64,000 nt of DNA, taken from positions 29,961 through 93,960 of IMG/VR virus record IMGVR_UViG_3300010371_000002, one strand, 5' to 3'. How positions within the stretch are numbered: the stretch's first letter is position 1; each line of letters opens with the position of its first letter. Position numbers and translations under genes: made by a program. The notes beneath the pieces are model-generated. The model did not search any database. It was not told the origin of the DNA and was given only the letters and a program-made list of their open reading frames with translations. The stretch comes from a virus. Of this stretch, positions 47,829-57,611 are shown in pieces.

Positions 47829-48493
47829 AGCCTCTCCCCCACATTCTCAGCCGCATAATCACTCACCCCAAGAAGTCGCTTGATAGTCGGAGCGCTTGGT
47901 ACGGTGTCAGGAAATGCTGCCCTCACCTTGGCTACCAGCGTATCGTAATCAAGCCCCTTGGCGGGTGGCCGGATCTGTTCACCGGCATCGGTCAGGATAC
48001 GCAGGATTCTCCGGTTGCTCAGTCCATAGTCGATCCCGATTCGATACGGTGTCGCCCCTGCCCGGTATGCCGCAACAATCTCCTCGGTGTGTTCATGGAG
48101 AGGAGTATTGGATATAGGTTTTGGCAGCGTCGTGCTTCGTTTCCCCTTGCGAGTTTTCGGCTTTGGTTCGGATTCGGGCGTCACTTCATCGGCGTCCATT
48201 TCTCGGTTCAAAGTCCGGGTGATACCCATGCGTGCGCGGTGTTTTGGCATGGGGATTCGACCGGCGAGAATGTCTAGCTCGATGGCTGCTTCATCGTTCA
48301 ATTGACGCCGAATCTCGCGCATTTCGGTTTGCAGGGCGCGGGCTGGCGCATAGTCGAGTCCGTGCGCTGAAACCAGGACATCCCACTCCTGAGCCAAGGA
48401 TAAATGCCTGTCCTGTAGGGTCTGAGATGGCTGGGACGCAACGGGGATCTCCGTGACTGTCTGCTGTAAATCTGTGGTCATTGCCTGTGTCAT
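47825..48493 (-). CDS. HTH DNA-binding protein
   Basis: YRAGATPYRIGIDYGLSNRRILRIL..AGEQIR. Confidence 0.6.
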   Translation of the reverse strand: MTQAMTTDLQQTVTEIPVASQPSQTLQDRHLSLAQEWDVLVSAHGLDYAPARALQTEMREIRRQLNDEAAIELDILAGRIPMPKHRARMGITRTLNREMDADEVTPESEPKPKTRKGKRSTTLPKPISNTPLHEHTEEIVAAYRAGATPYRIGIDYGLSNRRILRILTDAGEQIRPPAKGLDYDTLVAKVRAAFPDTVPSAPTIKRLLGVSDYAAENVGERL

Positions 48494-48723
48494 GGCTTCT
48501 CGTTCAATGGACCGATCTTCATCCAGTACTCGCCGCCGAGGGGCGAAATCGGAATCACGTTCAAATTGGCGCGGACGGCTCGGTAAATCACGCCATCGAA
48601 AAGGGCGGATGTTCCGCTGTCGAACATCAAGCCCGCTTCCCAGATCTGCAGTACGCTCATTAGGAGGCCGCGCAGGCGCAGAATTTCAGATCTCGCGGAC
48701 AAACCCAGGGTATCGGTATTCAC
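48490..48723 (-). CDS. Hypothetical protein
   Basis: Coupled ORF. Confidence 0.4.
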   Translation of the reverse strand: MNTDTLGLSARSEILRLRGLLMSVLQIWEAGLMFDSGTSALFDGVIYRAVRANLNVIPISPLGGEYWMKIGPLNEKP

Positions 48724-49577
48724 GTGATGCCCTTATCATCAAATAGGCTCGTCTGTCCTGTCGCTTCATCGGACTGTGGCGGCGCATAATTCATAATCAC
48801 GAGGATCGGCGCGGCTTTGCGGCCCTCCGAGGCGCGGGCCTTGGCACGCGCCTCATCCATCTCAATCAAGCGCATATCGCTATACAGATCGAGTATCGCC
48901 GGATGGTCGTTGACCGTCAGTAGGAAGCGCCCTTGTATGCCGTGCAGCGTCTCTGCGAGCCTCTGATGGTCCTGGAACCCAAAGGCTTCGGCATAGCCGC
49001 ATGTGTCCAAATAAGGCGGGTCGCAAAAGAAAATCGTGTTCGACTGGTCGTAGCGGCTGATCAATTTCTCGAAGTCGGAATGCTCCACGAACACACCGCG
49101 CAGCCGTTCGAATGCGGGCTGGAATTGCTCAAGGCTCTTATTCAGGAATAAATCGCCACGCGATTTATTCCTGAAGCCAAACGACGCGCTTTGGCTTCTG
49201 GAAACGTCCGCGCCGAAGCTCATTTGGATGAGCAAATAGAGCCACACAGCCCGCTCCATTTCGTCGCTGCCGTCCGGCTTTTGCTGCCTCAATTCCATGA
49301 ACATTTCACGGCTATAGAGGTGCTGGTGAACGCGCTCCAAAAGCTCGGCAGGTCGCCATTTCAGCACGCGCCACAGGTTCACGAGGTCGCCATTCGCGTC
49401 GTTGATGACTTCGACGGGATGAGAGGGTTTGCCGAATAGAACCCACGCCGCGCCCGCAAATACTTCGCAATAGCACTCGGCATCGGCAGGCAAGAGCGCG
49501 ATGATTTCAGAGCGCAATTTGCTTTTTCCGCCTACCCACTTAATGGGACTGTCGAGCATCGGTTCAGCGGTATTCAT
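48720..49577 (-). CDS. DNA adenine methyltransferase (Dam/D12 class)
   Basis: KWVGGKS, EVFAGAA, EVINDAN, FFCDPPY. Confidence 0.93.
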   Translation of the reverse strand: MNTAEPMLDSPIKWVGGKSKLRSEIIALLPADAECYCEVFAGAAWVLFGKPSHPVEVINDANGDLVNLWRVLKWRPAELLERVHQHLYSREMFMELRQQKPDGSDEMERAVWLYLLIQMSFGADVSRSQSASFGFRNKSRGDLFLNKSLEQFQPAFERLRGVFVEHSDFEKLISRYDQSNTIFFCDPPYLDTCGYAEAFGFQDHQRLAETLHGIQGRFLLTVNDHPAILDLYSDMRLIEMDEARAKARASEGRKAAPILVIMNYAPPQSDEATGQTSLFDDKGIT

Positions 49578-50932
49578 GCGGACTCCGATCCGTACAAACC
49601 CTCAGCAATCCGCTGCGCCATCAGGGAGGGAAACCCACCGCCAATAATCGTGCAAGCCAGGTTCGCCCTATCAGGGAATTTGTACCAACCCGGGACCGAC
49701 TGAAATCGCGCCAAGGCACGGACGTTCATTTTCACGACACGCCCGCATTCCAGCCATGCCCGCGCAGGACGCTTCGCGGAGGATGCCGCCAGGGTGAAGA
49801 ACCATTCTTCACCCTGGCGGCATGTCAGCGTTTCCCCATTCCCATTCGCCTGCCCATCAACGATAAAGGCGCGAGGGACATTGGAATTGCCGTTCCCGTT
49901 CGCCAGGACGGTGAGCCGATGTTCACCGTCCTGGCGAACGGGCATTGTGCGCTGATCCTGACCGTGAACGATAAAAGCGCGGTGCGCGATGGTTCCCTTC
50001 CCCTGCGCGGCTGTGATAGTCCCTGCGTGACTATCACAGCCGCGCACATTCGCATCCGTGCCACTCACAAGAAAGGCGGAAGGTGTTGAGGAGGGTCGGC
50101 GCATTACGCCGGTGTCGATCGTGATGGACGGTTGATCATCGAAACGCACCGTCGTTCCACGAGATGCGTTTCGATGATCAACCAGGAAAGCCCGATTGTT
50201 CCGCAAAGCGTTCGTAGCCGCGACGGTAAATGCCGGGTCGATAGCGCGGCTCGCCGCGCTATCGATCATCGTTTTATTCGTATTTCCTCCACCTATGAGG
50301 AAATCACCGAGATCCTGGGGAAGTCGGGCAAGCTGCCACGGGGCGAACTCGCTTTCCGGCAGCGTATCCAGCAGATCTTCGATGGCCTCATACCAGCCAA
50401 CCCATCGAACCGGCGCCGGAAGTGAAGGCACCAGGTCATCCAGACAGGCGCGGAGGATGAGCCTCTCCCGAGTTTGCGGGACTCCAAAATCTGCGCTATT
50501 TAAATGTTGGTAGTGCACGAAATAGCCGCGATCCTCCAGGCACTCCAGGATCATGCGGAACGATTGGAACGTCCGATATCCCCACACGTTCTCCAGGCTG
50601 AATGTCGCGGGACGGATGATATCGATGAAACTGCACACGGCGCGTGCGGCGCTCAGGTCACCTTCGCACTCGCGCCCGTTCGTATTGGCCCGTGATGCGT
50701 TCTTGCAGCTCGGCGAGGCGTGACCGTGATCAATGGGTTCCATGCGCCGCCAGTCGATATCCTCGACTCGGGACGTGAAGCACGGATGGTTAGCGAAGTT
50801 GGCGCGGTAGACGTCCGCAATCGCCGGTTCCATCTCCACCGCCCAGCGCGGTTCCATGCCAGCCGCGATGAAGCCGCAGTCAGCAATCCCGCCGCCCGAG
50901 AAAAGCGTTCCGAATGTCGGTTTGTTGGTCAT
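49574..50932 (-). CDS. DNA cytosine-C5 methyltransferase with repeated variable region
   Basis: LFSGGG, SPSC, LENV, FGVPQTRER, RALARFQS. Confidence 0.9.
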   Translation of the reverse strand: MTNKPTFGTLFSGGGIADCGFIAAGMEPRWAVEMEPAIADVYRANFANHPCFTSRVEDIDWRRMEPIDHGHASPSCKNASRANTNGRECEGDLSAARAVCSFIDIIRPATFSLENVWGYRTFQSFRMILECLEDRGYFVHYQHLNSADFGVPQTRERLILRACLDDLVPSLPAPVRWVGWYEAIEDLLDTLPESEFAPWQLARLPQDLGDFLIGGGNTNKTMIDSAASRAIDPAFTVAATNALRNNRAFLVDHRNASRGTTVRFDDQPSITIDTGVMRRPSSTPSAFLVSGTDANVRGCDSHAGTITAAQGKGTIAHRAFIVHGQDQRTMPVRQDGEHRLTVLANGNGNSNVPRAFIVDGQANGNGETLTCRQGEEWFFTLAASSAKRPARAWLECGRVVKMNVRALARFQSVPGWYKFPDRANLACTIIGGGFPSLMAQRIAEGLYGSESA

Positions 50933-50937
50933 TGTCG

Positions 50938-51438
50938 TTAATGGTGGAGATAGGGCCAGAGAGTGAACATCACCCCGATGCCAACTGCTGCCGAAAACAA
51001 GATCGCCGGAAGAGGGTTTCGCCGTTTCACAGTATTTGGGACATGGAATTCCCGGTCGCTCACAATCACGGTCATACGATCTGCCGCCAAATCCACAAAC
51101 GCCGTGCTACGCCCCGGAGGCGGCGGAACAGCCTGCTGCACAGATGAGGTATTGAGACGAGCGGCAACAGGCACGACGCCAAGCGGTGCTGTCAGGGAAT
51201 CGGCCTCGACCTGCCCCTGGTTCACTTTTAATACAGCCTCATCCAATCGCTGTTTGTATGCCAAGGTTTCGGGCCTCACGAGCGCTCCCGCGCCTGGCAT
51301 GTTCCGGTTGGCCTCACGCTCCAACTCGACCGCCGCACGCCATTTCAGGTAGTGAGGACGGACGGCCGGGTGATCGAGCAATCCTGGGTCCACGAGAAAT
51401 CCTCTGACCTGCACACACTCTCTCGTTGTGCCGTTCAA
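50938..51438 (-). CDS. Hypothetical protein with C-terminal TM helix
   Basis: ILFSAAVGIGVMFTLW. Confidence 0.5.
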   Translation of the reverse strand: MNGTTRECVQVRGFLVDPGLLDHPAVRPHYLKWRAAVELEREANRNMPGAGALVRPETLAYKQRLDEAVLKVNQGQVEADSLTAPLGVVPVAARLNTSSVQQAVPPPPGRSTAFVDLAADRMTVIVSDREFHVPNTVKRRNPLPAILFSAAVGIGVMFTLWPYLHH

Positions 51439-51655
51439 TTCGTGCCTCCCAGTGTGTTCAAAGCAACTACTATGGCGATAAAGCCCAGCAAAAGAAGGAG
51501 CATGTCACGACGCGCGGATGGGCGGCGCGTATTACCTATGGCGCGCTGGATGAACCGCCATGTGGTGATGCGGTCCTCATTGACGGACTGGCGGCAGATT
51601 TCGTCATGGGCTGCCGCGCCTGCTCCGTCACGGATAATCGGATATCGGTTTGCAA

Positions 51656-51958
51656 TCATTGGCTTGCTCCCTGCCGCGCCCTGACCACTTCTGCCGCGCT
51701 TGCAATATCGTTGCTGTTGATCAGCTTCATGGCCATGGCGTAACCATCCGAAAATGCCTGCGCCCATTGGGTCTGATCATCGTTCAGCGGCATTTTATCC
51801 ACGGTCGAGACATAGCCGCCACCGAGGAAGCTATAGAACGTCTCGCACTCGATGCCGAATGCCTGCTTGAAAGCCGCTGTGAACGCGTCTGAGTAGGCGT
51901 CATTCACGCGCTTTGCGATGCTCTCAGCAGTACGCGCCTCTGCTGCTGTGGTTTTCAT
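51656..51958 (-). CDS. Hypothetical protein
   Basis: Coupled ORF. Confidence 0.5.
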   Translation of the reverse strand: MKTTAAEARTAESIAKRVNDAYSDAFTAAFKQAFGIECETFYSFLGGGYVSTVDKMPLNDDQTQWAQAFSDGYAMAMKLINSNDIASAAEVVRARQGASQ

Positions 51959-52686
51959 TGACCTACTCCATCCGTAAACTGCTTGAGATGCGCGAGATAG
52001 GAGCGCAAATCGGTTTCGTCCATGGTGTCGAGATTAGGTGGCGCGTTCTTCGTCTTCACCCAATCGGATTTCGCCCGGTTGCGGGCCTGAACAGGCATAG
52101 CCGCCTCAAACGCCTTCACGGAATCGAATAGCCCCGTCGCGTCATCGTCACCGCTGGCCTGAACATTGGCCTTATCGCGCACTGCCGCCCCGAATGGCGT
52201 TTGATCCTGTCGCGTGGGCTGCTGAGACTGCGGGGATGTCTGCGGCCTTCCCTGCTGTGCTTGTTGCCGAGGAGCTTGTCCGCGCTGTTGTTGCTGGCGC
52301 GGCGTGTCGGCAAACCGCGCTCCTTCCTCAATCTCAGGGGCGAATTGCGTGCCGTAGCCGCACATCGCGAGGGCGCGCCCCACACTGCCCGTCTCGGCCT
52401 TCTCAATCCAATCCGGGAACCCCCGTACATCCTCGTATTTCGTGCCGGTAGAGATCAGCTTGCCGTCGGCGTCGTAGATCTTCGCTCGGAAGCAAGCTGC
52501 CTGCTTATCGGGGTCAATGAAAAGCGATTCCGTCTCAATCCCCCAATCGGGATGGTCCTGCCGAAACCAGATCAGCCGAGCCGATACAGGCAGGTATTGG
52601 CGGCCGCCTTGGACCTTGATAAGGTACGGCTTCGGGTCGAAAGGCCTTTTGTTCGTCTCTTCACACATAGTCAAATCTCTCGTCAC
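51955..52686 (-). CDS. Single-strand annealing protein (Rad52/Sak-like)
   Basis: YLPVSARLIWFR..HP...IEKAETGSVGRALAMCGYG; Gln-rich linker. Confidence 0.7.
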   Translation of the reverse strand: MTRDLTMCEETNKRPFDPKPYLIKVQGGRQYLPVSARLIWFRQDHPDWGIETESLFIDPDKQAACFRAKIYDADGKLISTGTKYEDVRGFPDWIEKAETGSVGRALAMCGYGTQFAPEIEEGARFADTPRQQQQRGQAPRQQAQQGRPQTSPQSQQPTRQDQTPFGAAVRDKANVQASGDDDATGLFDSVKAFEAAMPVQARNRAKSDWVKTKNAPPNLDTMDETDLRSYLAHLKQFTDGVGQ

Positions 52687-52689
52687 CGG

Positions 52690-52941
52690 CTATCCTGCCG
52701 GGATCAAAACATAATGAGTGACGGGCATTCCAGTCAGATCATTAAGCGCATCACGCAGTGTCACACCCTCTGAGAACTTCTCTGGTTCATCCTGGAAACA
52801 AACCCTCACCGTGCCGCGCGGCGTCTGTTCCATGGCGACTTCCAGCCACGGAATCGCATCGCTCACCAGATAATGCCGCGAACAGCAATGACCGCTGAAA
52901 TGGGATGTCTCGGTCATTTCTTCACCGTGAGTAGTGAACAC
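52690..52941 (-). CDS. Hypothetical protein
   Basis: In-operon ORF. Confidence 0.4.
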   Translation of the reverse strand: MFTTHGEEMTETSHFSGHCCSRHYLVSDAIPWLEVAMEQTPRGTVRVCFQDEPEKFSEGVTLRDALNDLTGMPVTHYVLIPAG

Positions 52942-53095
52942 CAGATCGGGGATTTCAGCGGGATATACCGCATGGACCCGTCCGGCCCCTGGATGTAGAC
53001 ATAAGCATCGTCTTTCACCGCCTTGAAGCCGGGAAGGGCCGGGACATCGGTGATGTTGGGCAACGCGGCCAACACGTCAATCTGTGTTTTCTTTT

Positions 53096-53806
53096 TCACG
53101 ATTTGGCCCTCTTGATGCCGGTTTTGATGGTGAACGTGCGGCTCGGTTCCGATACCTCGAAGATATCGCGCGGCAACTGGTCGATCATCTCCTTGAGCGG
53201 CGTCACCACAAGCCGAGGCGTCTTTATAACGGCCTCGGGACAATGCCCCTCGGCCCATTCGATGCCTGCCGTCTGGTCCTTCGCGCTCACCGCACCACCG
53301 GGATTGTTTCGGAAGCTCAGTTCCCCATAGGTGAGGGTCAGGGTTTTGGCCTTTCCACCAGCAAGCTCACTATCCGCGAATGCTTCCAGTTCAGCGGAGA
53401 AACGCGTGGTCGCCCAGGTTCGGCGGCTCTCAATCCGCTTACGCCGCCGCTCGAAGTTCTCACGGATTGCCGCTTCTTCCATGTCCAGGGCGGCGAGGTC
53501 CGCCTCGGCGGAAAGAATCTTCGCGAGAACCCAGTCGGCACTGGCGCGGTCCGTGACGCGGAATGGGTTGGCAGACCGGATGCTGTCCACATGGTCCAGG
53601 CATTCGCCGGTTTCGGCATCCACCACGTAGCCCGAATCCGTGACCGTGAGACTGCCGCCGCCCGCGATGAACTCTTCATATTCTTCGAGCGTCCAGGCGG
53701 TCGGGACGTTGTGCTCCCGGCGGAACGGGCCTTCGTCCGTGATCGTCTGGCGCATTGTCTGCGCGTCCGGGTTGACTTCGTTCGGATTGGCTGATAGAAT
53801 GGTCAT
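53096..53806 (-). CDS. Mu Gam-like host-nuclease inhibitor
   Basis: F.VTDRASADWVL.KI, coiled coil, KTLTL.YG.LSFR. Confidence 0.75.
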   Translation of the reverse strand: MTILSANPNEVNPDAQTMRQTITDEGPFRREHNVPTAWTLEEYEEFIAGGGSLTVTDSGYVVDAETGECLDHVDSIRSANPFRVTDRASADWVLAKILSAEADLAALDMEEAAIRENFERRRKRIESRRTWATTRFSAELEAFADSELAGGKAKTLTLTYGELSFRNNPGGAVSAKDQTAGIEWAEGHCPEAVIKTPRLVVTPLKEMIDQLPRDIFEVSEPSRTFTIKTGIKRAKS

Positions 53807-53855
53807 GACTTTGTAATTCCGGCTCAGGTTGTTTGCAGCAATCCTGAGCCTATTT

Positions 53856-54149
53856 TTATGCGTTCACGGTCTGTTTGCGGAGTGGCTCGATAGCCGCTGC
53901 GGCCGCACCATCCCCGTTGTCCCGGTCATAGAGGCGAGGGTCAAAGGTATCACCATCAAGGCTGACCTTCATCACTCGTCCTTTCAAGTAGTCGAAATAA
54001 TCCCCGTCCTTCAAAATCTCTTCGGCTTGTTCGGCCGTCATCGGTTCAGGGGTGAAGTGCAGGAACCCAAGCCCGAGCGGGCGCGAGTTGTTATAAAGAG
54101 CGGCGAGTACTTCAGATTTTTTAAGTCCGCTGATGTCGATATCCGTCAC
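53856..54149 (-). CDS. Hypothetical protein
   Basis: IDISGL.K.EVLAALYN.S...YFDYLKGRVMKV...LYDRDNG.GAA; SD GAGG. Confidence 0.7.
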   Translation of the reverse strand: MTDIDISGLKKSEVLAALYNNSRPLGLGFLHFTPEPMTAEQAEEILKDGDYFDYLKGRVMKVSLDGDTFDPRLYDRDNGDGAAAAAIEPLRKQTVNA

Positions 54150-54216
54150 GACGAATTCCTCTTGTTTGGTAAAGACCCGCTCCCGAAGGTCCGATCAGAG
54201 CGGGCCGAAGGTTTCC

Positions 54217-54381
54217 TCGTTTACAGCGCGTCCGCGTCGTGTATAGCGGCCATCATCCAAAGGCCGCGCATATAAGCCTCCCTGCTCTTGGCACAATCGT
54301 AAGCCGAAGATACGGCCTTTTTAATCCACATTCTCTTAAGCGACACGAGCCGCGTTAATCATCGTTTACAGCGCTTCCGCG
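54217..54381. repeat. 20-bp direct repeat pair
   Basis: TCGTTTACAGCGCgTCCGCG (54217-54236) and TCGTTTACAGCGCtTCCGCG (54362-54381). Confidence 0.8.
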
Positions 54382-54464
54382 ATTTCCTTACTTCATGCCT
54401 GCCTCCTCTCTGCCGCCCGTATCGGGTCTATGGCGTGTGATGCAACCAGGATTAGCGGGCTTAA

Positions 54465-54764
54465 TTAGTAGGAGCTGTCAGTCCCCAAATCTTCCTGCCT
54501 GCGCAGATAATCGCGATACCGCTCACAGTAAGGGCAGTCCTCGATCAGCGTCATCGGACAATCGCAGTTCAGTCCGAATTCATGTTCGACCGGCTTCTGG
54601 CACGAGTCGCGTCCCATGATTTTGCCGGTATTGCCGCAAGCGTCACAGAATCGGTTCGGATTCTTGAAGCATCGCTGCTCGTGGAGGGTGATAGTCCATT
54701 TCGTCCCGGTCCGCTTGCAGAAATCGCACCGGAATCGCGGCTTGGTTTTGACCTCTCGCATCAA
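54465..54764 (-). CDS. Cys-rich hypothetical protein
   Basis: CDFC...HEQRCFKNPNRFCDAC. Confidence 0.6.
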   Translation of the reverse strand: MMREVKTKPRFRCDFCKRTGTKWTITLHEQRCFKNPNRFCDACGNTGKIMGRDSCQKPVEHEFGLNCDCPMTLIEDCPYCERYRDYLRRQEDLGTDSSY

Positions 54765-54771
54765 ACTCTCC

Positions 54772-55035
54772 CTACGGCATCAAATCCGCGAACTCAGGCG
54801 TTCCAACCGGGATGAACCCATATTCACAAGCCGCCTTGGGATCACTGACCCGGCCGCTCTTGCTGCCCCCAATGAACTCCACATCGTCCTCGCGGTAGTC
54901 CCGCCTCTGACGAACCATATCGGCATCGCATTCCAGATCGGCGGGGCCGTACAGCCCATGAAGCCACAACACCCACACCGCCTCGTTCTCGGACTGCGAG
55001 AGTTCGGGAAACTGCCGGATTTGAGGAACACTCAT
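54772..55035 (-). CDS. Hypothetical protein
   Basis: Coupled ORF. Confidence 0.45.
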   Translation of the reverse strand: MSVPQIRQFPELSQSENEAVWVLWLHGLYGPADLECDADMVRQRRDYREDDVEFIGGSKSGRVSDPKAACEYGFIPVGTPEFADLMP

Positions 55036-55247
55036 CAGCGTCCCTCCACGGAACGCAGGTAAGCCTCCCAGGGCTCCTCCCCGCGCCGAAAATTCACCAA
55101 ATCCCGCGCCATCTCAAGCAAGCAATCCCCAAACTGCTTTTGAGCAGACTTATTGAGCGCAGCGGCTTCCGTGACCGTATGGGGGTGCGAACTGCACACG
55201 TGATGTCCCGTCAAAGGCAGGTCAATATTGGCGAATTGTGTTTTCAT
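55035..55247 (-). CDS. Hypothetical protein
   Basis: Coupled ORF. Confidence 0.45.
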   Translation of the reverse strand: MKTQFANIDLPLTGHHVCSSHPHTVTEAAALNKSAQKQFGDCLLEMARDLVNFRRGEEPWEAYLRSVEGR

Positions 55248-55681
55248 CGGACGCCGGACCTTTCGAGGAGGCGCAGAACGATGCGTTGCCGCTCAAGTTC
55301 CGCAGGTAACAGAACATCCACCCGCCAGTTGAAGACATCCCGGTTATAGAGCCTGATGGCCTCCTCGGCCTTATCACGAGATTCAGTGGTGAAAATGTCG
55401 TGCTCGCCGCTGGGTTGCAGGATCGCCCGCCATGACCCCGTATCAACCCGCCGTATCCCGTAATAGGCCGCTACCTCACGGACATGAGGAGGGGTAAAGA
55501 CTTTCACACCTGTGGTCCGTGTCTCTGACGGAATGATCGTGTCAAAGATGCGTGCCGGGTCAGGTTGCGAGAAAACAGACACCCCTGTATCCTCTATGCG
55601 TGCGGTATCACGGTCAACGGGAGGGTTTGTGGGACGCCGGAACAGCCATCCACGCCAGGATGTCAGACCATGCCAGTTCAT
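55244..55681 (-). CDS. Hypothetical protein
   Basis: Coupled ORF. Confidence 0.45.
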   Translation of the reverse strand: MNWHGLTSWRGWLFRRPTNPPVDRDTARIEDTGVSVFSQPDPARIFDTIIPSETRTTGVKVFTPPHVREVAAYYGIRRVDTGSWRAILQPSGEHDIFTTESRDKAEEAIRLYNRDVFNWRVDVLLPAELERQRIVLRLLERSGVR

Positions 55682-56142
55682 GACGCCACCCCGTATTCCG
55701 GCCGCTGGGCCAGATGCTGTTCAATGGCGCTCGTCCTGATTTCGCGCCCATCCAGGTACACCGTGTGGCAGCCTCGCGCAATCAGATCCGCAACACTCGT
55801 TTGTGTAAGGGTCGTATCACGCAGGGCGCGGCCATGTTTACGCCTGAATCCCTCGGCCTTGAGGGTGGATGAGGACACCAGGGCGAACCCATAGCCGCCC
55901 ACGGTCACGCTTCCTTTTGATGCATCGCCGTATTCGGCTCGGGTGCGCCAGTTGGCGATCTTGTTGCCCTGAGTGAAGATGAACAGGACCGGGCCGGTCG
56001 CGGTCGCCGGGTCGAACGGCGGGATGACGCGCGGCGCGGGTTTCCGGTAAATGTCTGCGGTGAGGACCATTAGAAAGTCCTCCGGGTGCGAAGAACACGG
56101 CGAATACCGAGTTCCTTCGCGATCTGGATCGTCACCAGACAT
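55678..56142 (-). CDS. Hypothetical protein
   Basis: Likely start MVLTAD after GGAGG. Confidence 0.5.
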   Translation of the reverse strand: MSGDDPDREGTRYSPCSSHPEDFLMVLTADIYRKPAPRVIPPFDPATATGPVLFIFTQGNKIANWRTRAEYGDASKGSVTVGGYGFALVSSSTLKAEGFRRKHGRALRDTTLTQTSVADLIARGCHTVYLDGREIRTSAIEQHLAQRPEYGVAS

Positions 56143-56255
56143 CCGGTGAGCGCGGTAACGACATGTTCAAGCACGGTAATCTCCTTTAGAGGGTATAATG
56201 GAGAGGTAATCTCCACGGCCCGTCCTGTTCACAGCAGGCGGGCCAAAATTGTTTG

Positions 56256-56495
56256 TCAGTCGGCTTGTCGCTCGGCGAACTCATCGCCCTCCTGGCGCAG
56301 CTTCCGCAAAAAGTCCCGCAGCTCGGGACTGCCCTTGGCGCGAGTATCGACAAAAACGATCTCGGCCTGAGCGGCCCGCTCCGTTCGCACTGATTCCACA
56401 GCCACTCCGTCGATCTCCACCGGGACCCGGCATATCGCGGCGCCGCCGTGGTCGAAGACCGCATATTTCACTGTTTGGTAACGTGTCGGTTCCAT
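56256..56495 (-). CDS. Hypothetical protein (first gene of early leftward operon)
   Basis: Downstream of promoter at 56541-56569. Confidence 0.5.
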   Translation of the reverse strand: MEPTRYQTVKYAVFDHGGAAICRVPVEIDGVAVESVRTERAAQAEIVFVDTRAKGSPELRDFLRKLRQEGDEFAERQAD

Positions 56496-56540
56496 GGTTG
56501 CTCACTTTCGAGAATCATCTATCAACGAACTGACATCGTT

Positions 56541-56569
56541 ATGTTACCACAAGTTGCGCGTTAGCGCAA
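56541..56569 (-). promoter_or_regulatory. Early promoter overlapped by palindromic operator
   Basis: TTGCGC-17-TAACAT; palindrome TTGCGC-GTTA-GCGCAA. Confidence 0.55.
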
Positions 56570-56573
56570 TGCG

Positions 56574-56807
56574 TTACACAGATTGCGGAGAAATATTTTT
56601 TTGCGTGGATTCAAGCGATGGGATCAAGTCAGCCGCATCGCACCCGACAGCGTTCGCCAGCGAGGGGAGCATCTTTACAGTGGGGCATTTGAGATCGCGT
56701 TCCATCTCATACCAGTAGCCCCACGATGTCCCGGCATCGCGCGCAGCCTGCTTGACATTCTTTCCTGCCCGAACCCGGGCCTCACGCAGCAGTTTCCCGA
56801 ACGTCAT
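56574..56807 (-). CDS. Cro-like XRE HTH regulator
   Basis: LREARVRAGKNVKQAARDAG.SWGYWYEMERD.K.P...L..LANAVG. Confidence 0.88.
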   Translation of the reverse strand: MTFGKLLREARVRAGKNVKQAARDAGTSWGYWYEMERDLKCPTVKMLPSLANAVGCDAADLIPSLESTQKNISPQSV

Positions 56808-56813
56808 GAATAC

Positions 56814-56880
56814 ATTATATCACTTATGACGCTAACGCGCAACGGGCGTTACCGCTTGAGTGCATTGAGTTATAGCGCAA
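56814..56880. promoter_or_regulatory. cI/cro divergent promoter-operator region
   Basis: Minus TTGCGC-17-TATAAT with ATG 6 nt later; CGCTAACGCGCAAC (56830-43) is the exact inverse of 56553-66; related site TTGAGTTATAGCGCAA. Confidence 0.65.
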
Positions 56881-56896
56881 CTCCGCGCATAATCGT

Positions 56897-57457
56897 GTGT
56901 CAGATTACGATATGCAAATGCTATTGGAGAGACTACACGAAGGAATGACCGCCGACCAATACTCCGAACCGAACTTTGGCGCTTGGGTCAAAGAGAAGAT
57001 GGATGCGCACGGGATCAAACTCAAGACACTGGCCGCCGCTTCGGACCTGGTGTACTCGTATCTCTCACGTCTCATCAATTCCGGAAGTCATGGGAAGCCG
57101 ATAACGCCTGAGCGCGAAAATATCAGGGCGATCGCAGATGCCTTGATTAAGCTTGGGGCCATCGAATCTCAGGATGAAGCGTTCTTAGCGGCTGGGTACC
57201 ACGTAAGCGGGTATGTGACAATACGCGCTGACAAGCTCCACCATACAACGCCCGAAGATTGGCAAAAGTATCCTCAAATCCTTGCAGACCTAGACCGAAT
57301 TGTCCAGCAATATCCAGATAAGGCCGAGGAGCTTCTAAAGGTCGCAATCAAGGGCCTAGAACCTCATCTCCTGCTACTCGACATGCTCAAGGCTCAACAA
57401 TCCACGCAAGCGAGTCCTTCCTCGGAAGGCGAATCGGAACCCAAATCCACGGAATAG
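56897..57457 (+). CDS. CI-like XRE repressor (start may be 56945)
   Basis: FGAWVKEKM...LKTLAAASDLVYSYLSRLIN...PERENIRAIADAL...FLAAGY; divergent from cro. Confidence 0.8.
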   Translation: MSDYDMQMLLERLHEGMTADQYSEPNFGAWVKEKMDAHGIKLKTLAAASDLVYSYLSRLINSGSHGKPITPERENIRAIADALIKLGAIESQDEAFLAAGYHVSGYVTIRADKLHHTTPEDWQKYPQILADLDRIVQQYPDKAEELLKVAIKGLEPHLLLLDMLKAQQSTQASPSSEGESEPKSTE

Positions 57458-57611
57458 AACGCGCGTTTGACTAATTCGTATTACGGTGCTACAATTGGTA
57501 GACACCAGACGATGTAATCACATCGAACGATTCAGTCACATGCTTGATATAGTATGAATTCTAACATTATATAGATATGTTGCATACTATTAAGTTATGT
57601 GATATTATCGG

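Noticed and set aside
54217-54381. Mini-CRISPR array
   Set aside because: Only two copies, and the 125-nt interval is too long for a spacer.
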